A DNA stretch of 58,344 nucleotides, counting the filler, from Sphacelaria rigidula (lineage: Eukaryota), in the NCBI GenBank assembly GCA_964200075.2. It is 6 parts of 6 records of this genome, joined end to end, with 100 filler letters (N's around TTAATTAATTAA, not from the genome) between each part and the next. Parts side by side here need not be neighbours in the genome. Positions count along the whole stretch, not along the records: positions 19,485 to 29,126 come from CAXNAA020008053.1; positions 29,227 to 38,867 come from CAXNAA020008054.1; 4 more parts are not named here. One strand, given 5' to 3'. The notes under the pieces are model-generated. The model saw nothing but the letters and a program-made list of their open reading frames with translations, was not told the DNA's origin and did not search any database. Shown here in pieces: positions 23,001 through 35,725 of this stretch (position 1 is the first letter of the stretch; each line of letters begins with the position of its first letter). The position numbers were made by a program, and so were the translations under genes.

Positions 23001-25312
23001 AAAGTCGAACGTCAGTCTCCTCCAAAAGGCCGATGAGAAACGTCATAACTTGCGGCAGCCCTAACTGTTCCTTGACGATGTCCTCCACCTAGACACGGGT
23101 GTTCCGATTTCGCACCGAGCAGCTGAGCCGGATACATTGAAGAAAAGTTAAAAATAATGGCCTGCGTGCTGCAATCCAGTGCCCAGCTTTGTAGTATTTC
23201 AGAAATCGGGCAAAGTAAATGCAGTAATGAATCACCAATTTGTTGTTTTGTTGGGATGACCATCCTAAAACAAATGCGGGAAATCGATTATTTTGTTGCA
23301 TGTTAAACACGAGCAGGAGAGCGCAGTTTCCTTGCCACTGACGGGTATGTCCCATGCGTAAGGTTGCGCTGATGGTTGTGCCGGTGTTGGGGGTAGGCGG
23401 TTCGGAGTGATCTGAGATCACACGAGGCGGGAATCTTGTGAGTCCCTACCACAGTGATCACCGGTGATCCGGACGAAAGTTCATTTGGAATATGACCCAA
23501 AGGTTGATGGATTCTTTACGTTTGCACTACCTATACATATACTGCCTTCGGTCCATGTTGTTGATGCCTTCATTTCGAGGCATCGAGTGCTGCATGGTTT
23601 TCAAAAATAAACAAAAAATGGCGGGTTCCGTGCTTTCGGGCCCTCTAACGTTAAATCTCGCGTGTTGTGGGGTCATTTTGAGGCATCGCTTGTTTCATGG
23701 TTCTCGCAAACAAACACAGCCGATTAATGTGAAAGAAAACTGACGGTCTGTGCCTACTGGTGATCTGAGAATCAGATTATTTCGTACGTTTTCAGTTCTT
23801 ATTATGCATTCTGTGATTTTCAGTCGATAACGATTTTACTCTCGATCCTTTTGCACCCGAAATAATGGAATATATATATATATATATATACTTGCTAGTG
23901 GCCATCGTAATTACGCGCAGGCAGGACCGCGGAGTCCACTGATTTCTGATGTCTGAGAGCGGGTAGTGGTAATTCTTGCCTGGTCACCATCTGGCAGCCA
24001 GATCTCTGCCTCCAACCCTCCAATGTCGCTCCCACTAGCGACTAGTGCCGCCATCACAGACGACATCCCCTGTTCATTACCCCCCTGGGCGCCAGACTTG
24101 AGTTGGCAGAACCGCATTGCACTGAAGGCCATCGAATCCAGGGCGTCAAGCGCCTAGAAGTTCACCGGATATGGGCGGTTAGATTTCAACGAGCACGGGT
24201 ATGTTTACCGTGAGATGTAGTGGTTAACCGTGAGTTGGTCCACAAAAGTATTCCATCGGTATGCAATAGACTTGCGGTGAAGGACAAGGTTAGAAACAGC
24301 GAAAGGCAAGACATTCTATGCATGCGGCTGAAGACGGATACTTGGTGATCCTGTACTTATTTTCAAAGTGACGGGTCTACAACATATCCGAACTGTTCTA
24401 GACATATTTGGCTGATCATTTTCCCTCATTGCTCACCTCCAGCAGTTTATCGATAGACACCTCCTGCAGCTTGGGCAGCAACCGAGACAGATGCCTCGCC
24501 ACTCCAGCCTTGAGCAGGCCGTACACCAGCAGCGGCTCGCGTGCCACCTCTCGAAGAATGCGGCAGGCAAGCCTCTGGGACCTGCGTATGCGACCATGAT
24601 CGTGGGACGTATGCGACTGAACTTATTGTTGGGCATGTGAAACATGGAAATATCATCATAATCCTCCGTTGCAAGAGAGTGAAGCGCGTGCTACGTTGTG
24701 CGAGGAGTTTTCAATGCATCGAGTCGATGCCGGCGTGGGAAATAACTCTCCTGCTACACGCAAAGACCTCCGACTTCCATTCCGGGTTGCCTCGCCATGA
24801 ATTCTCAGCAGCGATGTGAAACAGTAGCATCTGTTTCACAATGGAACAAAGCAATTAAGTGGAGATCCAGGACTTCCATCGGTGAACCTCTTTCCCGTGC
24901 AAGGCTGGCGCCCCGCCCCGGTGGTTCAACTGGCGGACCAATACCCTGTCAGGGCGACGGGTCGCGAGCTCGGATGATATGTTTTTTTTCAGCAGAATAT
25001 GGTTTCCATCGCTGAAAGTGTTGGTACTCAAGGAAGACTTCGTGACGAGAGTCGACAGGGTGCAGGTGCACTGATTTGACCCTCGATGGCAAAAAGTGTA
25101 GGGCGGGTACCAGAGAAGAGATGAGCTGATTCCTTGAAACTTCTGAGTCGTCCCGAAGAAGGGAAGGGGTTAAACATTTGACAAATAACAAAAGACAGAG
25201 AGAGATTGGTCCGTGTGTGGTGTCGATGGCGACAAAACCTACAGAGTAGCCGGTGGGTTATGTCGACAGTGCTTCGACTCGAAGCTCGATGGTACAGCTG
25301 CGGGATAGCACC
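20050..25312 (-). CDS. Large ARM/HEAT-repeat-like protein gene, partial at both ends; exons 25312-25239, 25132-25028, 24581-24437, 24153-23915, (23513-23450 tentative), 23088-22972, 22409-22164, 21885-21827, 21636-20488, 20230-20050
   Basis: GT..AG introns with compatible phases give one open frame. It has amphipathic helical segments typical of ARM/HEAT folds: SQRLACRILREVAREPLLVYGLLKAGVARHLSRLL, LPQVMTFLIGLLEETDVRLYLAGVVILGK, SVQLACRALAFLA, VIAHACRALSTLS. The specific orthologue is not recognised. Confidence 0.75.
22508..22590 (+). repeat. 3'-tail fragment of the SINE family, in an intron
   Basis: GACCATTGGCCACGCATCCCTTTTGAGACGGAGCACC matches the reverse complement of 58300-58344 and 19485-19510. 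Confidence 0.65.
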
Positions 25313-26199
25313 CTGCAGTGGGACCAAACCTCAACCTCGCACGCATGGGGAGTTTCCCAGAGTTTGGACATTGCCGCAGACAGCGTATCGGCTGGTATGA
25401 ATGAAGCATGAAGCGCGTGTGGGTCTGTACGAGATCCGGCGGACCAGGTTCAGCGGCGAACGAGGGCTGGGATAACTTCACCCTTCTCGTCAGCCACCCC
25501 CCACGCAACTCCATAGATATATAGCAATACAGTAGTGGGTGGTCTAACCATTGATTTTGTGGCATTTGGTTATTTGTTTTGTAATTGGCGATTTTTCTTG
25601 GCTCTTTTCGCTTGCCACCGCTTATCACATTGAGGATCTGAAGATATTTGTATCCGTTCCACAGTCCAAGAAAAAAAATCACCCGTATTCAATATTGAGT
25701 GACTTACGGGCTGACCAGTTATCGGGGGTCCTGCCACGTTTCAGCCCAGATAACTACTCTTCAGTATGATCGGTCGATCGCGCCTATCCCAATTATATTT
25801 ATGCAAAAATGTAAAGTTTTTATCTTTATTTCTACCTCCTCATTGCACTGGAGCCAAAAAACTGTGTTTCACGGTCGATAACACCCTCCTGATAAAAGAG
25901 TGTTTACTCGTATCGTCCGATAACACCAACTGACACTGACTCGGGCACGACGTTTCGAGGATGATCTGGTTATTATACCAAAACCTACCGACGCTAGCAG
26001 TTTTGAGTTATATCGAAGAGTAGTACGCGAGGAAAACCCCGAAAACACCCCAGAATAGTTAGACCGCCCATTACTGTAACATCTAACATTGACATATGTG
26101 AATACCCCTGTGCAGCTCATCATCAGCGAGCTCAAGCGTGGTAAAATCGGAGATACCACCGGTGGCTTGGGTACCGACTTTGGCGACATACCTGAGATC

Positions 26200-28800
26200 C
26201 GCCGGCAAGGCGATGGCATATCGGACGCAACAGCACCCTGTCCGTGGGTGGTTCAAGGATGCTGCGATCCAAGCCGAGCTCGACGAGGGCTACAATGAGC
26301 GGGAAAGGGCGAGGTCGGTGAAACGAATGCAGCCAAGAGATTGACCCGCATTGCACACCTCGTGAATTGTATGCGTAGGCTCAAGAAGGTGATCTGAAAC
26401 TGGGGTAGACGGGCAGTTTGACGTGCATGCGCGGGAACTGGAGCAGTAGATTGTAAATGAGGACATGAGCGGTTGGTAGGGGCACCTGAAAGGACCATGG
26501 AGGTTAGAAAGGATACGCGCTAGAGAGTGAGAAGTCGTATGGCACGGGAATCAAATCCATGAAAGGGTACAAACTGTCCTCTCTTCCTTGTTGAATGCAT
26601 CGTCAGTAATTCTCGATCTAACCGGCATCGACAACATCACACCACTGCCGAACGCTATGCCACTGAGAGATCCACCAATCCCGGATGAAACAGGATACGC
26701 ACTGAGAGTTGTGGCCGAAGGCAAGGCGATGGGACTGGATCGGTTACATGCTGAACTCTTCAAGCTTGGATTGGTCAGAGCGCCTTTGGACATCCTATAC
26801 CGCTGCTCACGGTTTCTCGGCTGCTATTTAGACGTCTGGTGAGGTGCCGCAGGAGTGCGAATAGGCCTCTAGCAGAGTGCTACACAAGACCAAGGATAAG
26901 GTCGAGTGTGGTTACTATTCGGGCATCTCTCTCGTTGTGCATGGTGGTGAAATTCTCCTCAAACTCGCGCCAAATAGGCTTTGCTCTTTTTGCGGGAAGG
27001 CCGGGATTATGCCGGGAGAACAGCGCGGATTCCTGCGCAAGCGGTCGACCGCCGACACGATGTTCATTGAAAGCCGACCGCAAGAGTTGGGATGGGCGAG
27101 CAGTATCACACTGTACATGAGCACCATCAACCTGAAGAAGGCATACATCTCCGTAGACCACACGATTTTGTGAGAAGTGGTTGTCCGCTTCGGGGTTCCG
27201 TCGTTGATGATCGAGATTATTCGTGTATTCTGCTATGGCATGCGAGTACAGATGGACATTGGTGGATGATGAGGGTGGCTCCACGTCTGCCAGGGACTTA
27301 GGCGAGGATGCATGTCGTCCCCGGTATCGTTCAATTTCTTCAGCGCAGCACTGAATGACGTAATCTCATAACGTTTTGTGGCAGACCTGGACATCGCCTC
27401 AGCCCTGGTTTACTTCGATACTGCGCCGAGGAATGAGGATGGTAGTCCCAATGGGTAGAAGCCGTGGGGAAGTGCACGACGTAGTACGTGGGGAACGCAG
27501 TACGTGCATGACATGAGCCTAGTATCAAGATCCCCAGGCGAGCATGATAGGATGATAGCTGAGCTACCCGTGGTCTGTCAGGAGTTTGGGCTAACCGTAT
27601 CGGAGAACAAAACAAACGTCATGCGTCTGTGGTCAGTACCCAGCTCCGCAGAGAACCGCACTGCATACCGAGGCGGCAGACCAACGATACGAGCAGACGG
27701 TCAAGTTTGTCTATCTTGATGGTGCTACCAGGAAAGACCTAGGTATTTTCCATCGAAATCAAGTGCTGCATGAGCGCTGCGTGGCCATGCCTCCGAAAGT
27801 AGAGCTGTCAACTCTACGCTCGGCACAATGCTCAGATTTATCTCACCATCTTGCTGCTCAGCGCGGAGGTTGTGGAAGCTATGCTGTACGGGTGTCCTAC
27901 GTGGACGTTGCCCCTGGAGGGTTCCTAGAGCCTGCGCATTGCCCACTGCAAGCTTTTATCACAACCAGTTGGCTTCCGGGGGTAGGATCGCCGTAGATAC
28001 GAGACTGTTATGTACAGAGCTGTGCTCGACACGATCAACTACGGTCGTATTGAGACGACTATCTGCAACCGTCAACTTTGGTTTGCGTGGGCCCTTGTCC
28101 AGTAGGACAAAACACATCTTCCGAAGCGTACCATATTCGCACGATTGGCCGCACAAGCGATCACGGAGAACGTCCGGATTTCGAAGAAAGGAGAGAGAGG
28201 GTCTGCGGGGGAACCTGCGTACGGCAGGGGCTATCCCACGTGAGAGGAATGAAGGCAGTGATTTGTGGGCGGTGTTGATGTCAAAGACTCGCGAGGGTCG
28301 AGTCACTGCCGCGAGGAGCGTGGGAAGATGGCACGTGGAGGATGAGGACCCGTTGCGACGTGAAGAGCTCCGCAGATCCGACCTAGGTCACAAACCAGAA
28401 GCTGTTGCGTTACGTGCATCAAACTGAGCAGTCGCCACCGCTGGCACAAGAGTAGGAACAGCGAGGAATCAAGGATAAAAATGGTCGATAGAGGGGCCTG
28501 CTTTGTTCCTGACTAGAACTGAGGTAGGGAGTGGGGGTGGCGCGTAAACCGATGGCCCTGTCTTATCCCGTCGGTTGTTGGCCTCTTTCCTTGGCTGCAA
28601 CTCCACCGATGCTCCCCAGCTTTGTTTCCTGCTCATGATCTGCTTTTCCTCCCGGGTTCCCTTTCTTCCTTTCCGTACTTTCTGATTCTCTCGCATCTTT
28701 TTCTTCCATCCTCTTTCTTATTTTTCTCTCCGTCCCCTTTTCTTGTCGTCTCTTTTCTTTGCTTGTCTCTTTCGTCCTTTGAGCCACAGCCCCATCAGTG
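26200..28800 (+). mobile_element. Degenerate 5'-truncated non-LTR retrotransposon (RTE-like LINE): RT pseudogene plus CT-rich 3' UTR
   Basis: GKAMGLDRLHAELFK, LHKTKDKVECGYYSGISL, EQRGFLRKRSTADTMF, INLKKAYISVDH, RFGVP, QGLRRGCMSSPVSFNFF, degenerate YADD (QYVHD) and FGLTVSENKT, with many stops and frameshifts. Confidence 0.9.
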
Positions 28801-29126
28801 TTTGCGCCTCGCCAATGCAGAGCTGGTGAAAGTTCCTGGCCAAATAGTGCGGTCTTCAGATAGCCAAGCCGCAGCCTGCTTCCACAGCATTACCTTGGTA
28901 TGGTCTCCTTACCTCAACAGTAAAGCCCCGGTCGGGGTCTATCGGGGGCTTTCTCGGAAACTATACTACTGTACACCTTTTTCTGCTGTTTTGCCTCTTT
29001 GAACCTTAATCTGCTTGTTTTTCTCCTTTCAATCCCCCCCCCCCTCACCTCGCGCGATACCAAAAAATAAAGCAACTCATTGTAAGCTGTCATCCAAATG
29101 CGAGATAATCAGTACGCTTCGGGCCG

Positions 29127-29226
29127 NNNNNNNNNNNNNNNNNNNNNNNNNNNNNNNNNNNNNNNNNNNNTTAATTAATTAANNNNNNNNNNNNNNNNNN
29201 NNNNNNNNNNNNNNNNNNNNNNNNNN
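29127..29226. other. Artificial contig linker
   Basis: N44-TTAATTAATTAA-N44. Confidence 0.98.
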
Positions 29227-31945
29227 ACAAGTCAACACAATCAAACGTGAACCTGAGGATTGCATCAGCCTCTCAAACCAAAACACACCGCTCCATTCAT
29301 TGATGCTCATCAGCTGAGCACGCTGTGCGTGACCTTGTTCAAATCGGTTCAGAGTTCAGTGAGAAATGATGATTTGGGTGAGACGCGCGCACAGCAGACG
29401 CTCAAAAGCAGTCAGCAACAGCACGTTTTGGGTTGCTAGTTGACACGCAAGCGGCCGCCTTTCATCTAATACTGGATGGATTTCCGTCAAACAAAGGCTG
29501 TCGTGAGTAGATGATCAAGAGCTAACGCTTGAGCTAATGCGTGTGAGTGTTGAATATCTACCCTTCTGTTTTTGTGGTGAATGGTGAATATCTATCCGTC
29601 TGTTTTCGTGGCTAGGTGTGTCGGCGCTGTGTTACCTCTTTGCGTCTTGTCCGCAGCAGTACAGACATTTTGGACTAACGGCCACGTCCAGAACCACCAC
29701 ATTTTTTACCTGTGCGCAGATCTAGGCTTCGATCTGAACAAAACTGCCTATCGATAAGACACAACACTGGTCGCTGTGGGGGCAATCACTTCTCCAAAAG
29801 TGATTTTTTTAAAAGTGATAATCACTTCTGAGAAGACGCCGCCTCAGCGTGTCCGTACGCACCTACGTTCGTGCACAGGACTGTTCACTGACATGCGCCA
29901 TAAAATCAAGAGGCCGTCAAGATGCACTACAGCAACAGTAGAAGTGCCTCATACCTGTGGAGTGCATGATGCCCACAAGCGGTCCGCGCACGCGATCGCT
30001 GAGGCTGTGCCTTCCCCGTGTGGGATCCATTACATCTCGCGCTTGCGCCACCTGCGGCAAACCAGTACGGGCCGTTGCTGTTGTTGTTATTGGTGTTGTT
30101 GTCTTCACATTAAAAACTGTTCCGATATCTGCATTTGCACTGTTGTAGGGTTCTGTGTAGCACTCTCTGTACTGTACTGTACTCCACCACGCTGCTCAGA
30201 ACTATAGCACTACAGTGTCCTGTAGTGCGCCGTAGTGGGTTGAAGTACTGCAGGTGCATTGAAAAAGCGTAAAGGATATGTTGCGTACGGTGCCGCAGTG
30301 TACGGTACAGTCAGTGTTGTGCTGGCCTACGCACTTCCGAAGTGGGGGCTGGTCGATCATACATTTGGCGGGGCAACCTGCGGCCAATCACTGCGACAGA
30401 ACAAAATTACGTCAAGCCACGTCACATCAGCTTCTGCTATGACTTTTTTAACGTCCACTTTGCAGTTTCGAAGCTACCACTCTGCACTCTGACTCTATGA
30501 TAAAAAAAACATCTTCCGAAACTCTCTATTAAGCTGTGAGTCTGCATAAAAACGCAGACGAGCTACATGGGCGGTTTGAACACAACCCGAAACAATGTTT
30601 TGGATCTCAAACACATGCGGGTGATGAGCACCAACCACTCTCCACGGACCAGTCCACGTCGCCACCAATTTAGGCGTAACTCCCGGGTGACGCAAGCGTG
30701 TATACAATATAGTCGCCAACCTCGAAATTCGGTAATTCCAGCCCCGACGAAGACCCCTCACGTCTACGCGCACGTTCAGCAGCAACACGCTCCTGCACTT
30801 GAACGTGGAAACGTTCGTGCAACTCCAAAACTCCTTGCGCACGCTTCAGTTACACATCGTCTAAGATATCACAGTTCCACTCTCCCGCCGATGAGAATGC
30901 CAACACCGAGAAGGACGTCCGAGGTGCACAACCAAACATCACGTGATACGACGTACTATCGTACCGACGGCGATATGCTGTATTTAGCGCCCATTGCACA
31001 GCGGGCAACACGTCCACCCACTCGGTCACCTCTCAACGCTACTCGACAAGAATGGATCGAAGAGCATGAACTACTTCCTTGACCATGCGTTCGCACGTAC
31101 CGTTAGACCACGCAGAATATGCCACCGCAAGCCGGTGATCAACGTGTAATGACTCTCGTAAGCGGGTCAGGATCGTGTTCTTGAAATCCGTGGCGATATC
31201 ACCCACCCACACACGCGGCACCCCCAACGTTTTGCGCCAATTCAGCAAAGGTTCAGCGGTCGAGTCGGCAGTACACAGTTACTGGTTCCAGAGTCACAAA
31301 GTTGCTCAAATCATCCACGATCACCAAAATGTATCAAAATCCAGCATCCTCCGACAAACCTTGGGAACCTAGCGGGCCATTCTCGCCCATGTACAAGAAG
31401 TTAAAATGAACGAAATCATTCGGCGTGGTCACATGGACCGTTTCATCGAGCAGGCGGGGAACAACATCGCCTGCCCTCGTATCAGCACAGTGAGGACACT
31501 GTCGAACAAACGCGCGCACCTGAGTTTCCATTTCCTGCCAAACACAAAACTCTTGCAAGCACACGAGCGTCGCAGCCACACCGCGATGCCCGGCATCGCG
31601 CATGTGCGCATAAAACATCAAACGTACGTGCAATTGTTTGTCGGGGCTGGGAATCCACAACACGTTTCGGCCACGTACACGCACACGAAACAAACCTTCA
31701 TTGTCCAAAATCGCAGTACCAACGTCCGACTCGAAAGATTGCACATCCGCATCAGTACCCTCAAGTTTTTTCCGTTGAGCTTGGCGGACCACAGATTCCG
31801 ACGGCATCGAATTACCGCTTCACACGGACCAGATACAGTCACAGCTCGCGCGGGCATAGCGGGAATATTGACCCAGCGCGACAGCAAGTCACCCCACGCG
31901 TTACGTTCACCCGAAATATGATAAATCGTATGCCGATCCTGGCCT

Positions 31946-32105
31946 AATACACCTTTCCACCCCTCCAATCGTTGTGCCAACACTTTCGACACAGACATCA
32001 CGCATACTTCTGGGGTGAAAATGTGAATACACCTTTCCGCCCCTCCAATCGTTGTGCCAACACTTTCGACACAGACGTCACGCATACTTCTGGGGTGAAA
32101 ATGTG
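31946..32105. repeat. 80-bp tandem duplication inside the Gypsy RNase H
   Basis: AATACACCTTTCC.CCCCTCCAATCGTTGTGCC...GGGGTGAAAATGTG at 31946 and 32026, two mismatches seen. Confidence 0.92.
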
Positions 32106-35100
32106 GGCTAGATTGCGGTGATCCGTGAAAATGTGCACGCCATTCCACGAAGATGCTCGAGACGACGAAACGTGCTCACGATAGCAAACCCTTCCTTGTC
32201 AATGGTTACCCAACGCATCTGTGAACCCTTGAAATTACCACTAAGAAAAGCCAGCGGTTCATGTGTCATTTCTTCATCAGGCACTTGCCTTACAAAACTA
32301 CCCCAAAGGCACTCGGATTCATCCGGAAACATCAGCGCGTGGCAACCGGGGCGAGGATGGAACAGCGTCACGGCATGAGCCACCAGATCCTTCGCTTCCG
32401 CCCATGCCTACAGCCTGTCCTCCGTCCACTATACGGGCGGAATAACGCGGTGTTTGGCCACCCGCTTCGTGCGTCTCGCAGCCTACACCATGAGTTCTGC
32501 TAGGAAAACTCGGAAGGGCGCCACTACTTCGGCCATACACGGCAACGAGGTTCGCAACCAGTTCATTACGTGCCGGAATTGGATGAGTTCTGCTGCTGTT
32601 TCTGGACGCCGCATGTCAGACAAACCTTGCAAGCGGACAGAGTCATGCGAGACGCGGCCGTGTAAACATACTTTCCCACACCACACTGATTCACTAGCAA
32701 AACAGGTACACTTGTGGGCAGCTGCAAACAGACCAACACTCTCTAAGCGAGCCAAGACTGCATCAAGCGTATCCAACAGTTCGTCTTCCGTATCTGCGAA
32801 GAAAAATACATCATCCACCCAGATCTTGCATTTCGAGCCATCTGAAAGGTCTACCATGACAACGTGAAAATAGGAAGTAGCATTTCAACACGCCTTGCGG
32901 TACTCGATGCGGGGTAAACATGCCAAACGGAGTCGTGATGGTCAATATCTCTTGCCCCTCTTCGGCCAACGGCATCTGCCAGTACCCCTGTAGGAGGTCC
33001 AACTTATCGAAGCATCGCGCGCTCAACAGATCTATCATGTCGGATTCCTGATTAGGCACGACACCCGGCGACTTCTCCACCTGGTAGTTGACGGCTCCGT
33101 AGTTGCTGACAAGACGGAAAGGGTCCTCCTTCGGCACCACTATCGCTGGACTGGACCACACCGCCTGTAGATTCCTGAACACCAACCCAAACGCCACAAG
33201 AGCTCCCATGCAAGAAGCTAACCAACTGGACTTTACCGGATCATACCTCCTCGGGTTTGCCTTCATCGCGGCCGCCCCAGGTTTTGGCTGAACACGCATG
33301 GGTTCCACGCGCGCAGGGGGGTCACCCCGCAGCGCACGACGAAACGCGTGAACGTGGTGATACAATATGCCACGCAAGCGCTCCGCTTTTGAGACGTTGA
33401 GGCCATTTGCCACAGCATCCGTCACGCTTACCTCCAGCGCAGCCACTCGCGCGGACTCCTCTTGTGCCGGCTCCATAAACATATCGGGGCCACGCTCCAC
33501 CAAGCGTTCCACCGCCTCATCCCGCTCCTCGGACACCTGTCCCCCCCGCCTCCTGGAGAGCATCAACCGACAAGCTCACTCTGCGAATGGCCAAAAAAGC
33601 AGGCGTCTCGACACTCGAACCGGACGACGGCATTTGCGTTTTTAGGGACTCTAACAGCCGGTCATACGGATCGACTCCAAGTTCTCGAAGCGTCGGTAAG
33701 CCCAACAGAGCGACAACATCCGTCCCCGGCATGATCGCAAACGATATCGGGGGTAATTTCGCTGGCCCCCAGGTAGTCCTGAACGCCAACTGTAGGGGAA
33801 TCGTACGCTCCATCACATTCACACGTTGGCCCGATGCGGTGGTAGCCTGCCGCGCCCCGAGCGAGATAATGCGGATTTGCTCACCAGGGAGTAGACACTC
33901 CAGCATCTCCACAATCAGCACCAACACGCTCGTGAAATAGGCGCCTGAATCCAACACAGCGTTGACCGATATGGCTCCCCGCGCCCGTTGATTAGGGAGA
34001 TATAACTCTGCAGGAATATATTTTTCTTGATACTCGATCGGCACCTGCTCCGCCGACTGATTTGTCGTGATCCCCACTTGGCGTCACGGCTGCGAGTGCG
34101 ACGCAGGCATAGACGCCTCCGCTGGGGTAATCGGCGCCGCGGGTAGGTACGAAACCCCGCCCGCAGAACCAAATTGAAGCGGTACTCCGACCGACGCAGC
34201 AGCGGATCCAAATTTCAGCTGAAACCCGGCCGGCTCAGCAGCAGGTGTCTCGCCTTGCTCTGCTGCAGGCCGCGCCGGCACCGAGCCCGGCTTTTGAGTG
34301 GTCCTTCCCACCTGCACCGCCCGTTGCGGACCAGCAGCCCCTGCGGCTGAGCCGGACCCAGAACCGGACCCCTGCTGATGCCGCTGCCCCTGCTGCTGCT
34401 GCTGCTGCTGGGAGCTCGACTGCATACCTCCACCGCTGGAGGATCCGCCTCCACCACCACCGTGACTATCTTTTCCTCCTTTGTGATTGCGAGGGCGCGC
34501 GGCACTCGTCTGCCCAGACTCCCCCTGGATAGGCGTTGGGCACTTGCGTGCGTAGTGGCATACCTGGCCACACTGAAAGCAAGTGATATTGGCGGCGGCA
34601 CTGCCTGCGGATTTTGATCCGCGGTTACGCGAGCTCGATGACTGCGGTGACGAAGTGGATGACATCCCGAATATTTCAATCTTCCGCTATGCCTGAGCCT
34701 CAGCCACCACGGTATCCATAACTAAGTACGGGTCTGACTCCCAAATGGTTTCGTACTGTAATTTGATAAGCACGGCCTGTTTGAACTCCGCCGGTGCCAA
34801 ACCCTTCACCATCGCTTTCGTGATCATCGCAGCGGGCCCTGGCCGGAATTTCCCATCGGAGGAACGATGAATCATCTCGGCGTTGGGAGTTTCGGGAAAA
34901 TATGTCTCCAACTTTCCCATCATTGGCTCCACCCTCTCACGCATGGTCTTCCCCTTGTGGTTCATGGCGACAGCCTTCGCCATGACCGTGAACGCCTGGG
35001 TTAGCTCTACCTCAACGCCCGCCGCATGCCCTGCATGCTTCTTGATCGCTGCAGCCAATTGCAGCGGCGTTATTGTGTTCTTCTCGTGGAATCTTCTCGC

Positions 35101-35527
35101 AAAAACGCGTTGGAGGAGGGCGTTGGAGGGGGGTAGGCACGTGTTGCGCCATGGATACCACCTGATGCCTTACCGCACCCCCCGCGTTCGCATGCTTCAC
35201 CTGCTTCTTGTTTTCCATATGTTTCGGGTAAAACAAACGATAAGCACAGTCAGAATAGAAATTCACGTAACTGGGAGGCCGCAATTCTTCTCTCGGAACA
35301 ACTGGGGTTACGGTCGTCTCCGCCAGCTCTTCGGCCGGTACCTCTGTAGTCGACATTTCCGAGCGGACCTAATCGAAGGCTTCTGAACCTTCTAGAACCC
35401 CACAACTCACACCTGCCTTCGTCGCCGCACCTCACAGTCGTGGGACCCTATAAACACCCGCTGCACGACTAGCACTCTTATCGATATCGTGACGCCAGCA
35501 GGCTGCTAGTACTGCAGCGTCTCATGC

Positions 35528-35725
35528 TGTTGAGGGACTCCCCAGTTTCACTGGCCTCAGGGTTCAGTTGTTAGCCTTCACAACACCTGTTATTATCCTG
35601 GAGTGCCACCCAGACATAGACTCTCCATAAACCACATCAGGGTATCACCCCTGAGTCCATGTCATCATCCATATCATCCCTACAGATCCCAAGTCATCAT
35701 CCATATCATCACTATATACTCAACG
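35528..35725 (-). repeat. Candidate short 5' LTR of the second Gypsy element
   Basis: Bounded by TGTTGAG (35528) and CTCAAC[G] (35719-35725), between gag and the interrupted Copia RNase H. The nearest PBS-like TGGCGTCACG lies ~30 bp inside, so the boundary is uncertain. Confidence 0.4.

Larger units (their letters stand above)
30528..35725 (-). mobile_element. Second degenerate Ty3/Gypsy retrotransposon (gag-CCHC-PR-RT-RH-INT), 3'-truncated
   Basis: gag from ~35356; zinc knuckle CFQCGQVCHYARKC (~34580); protease AVLDSGA and LLGLPTL; RT KLDLLQGYWQ, VPQGV, WVDDV; RNase H MFPDES, DKEGFAIV; integrase HMRDAGHRG..CPHC, SAWSNGTCERMVKEV; KLVATWTGPWRV. Confidence 0.93.
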
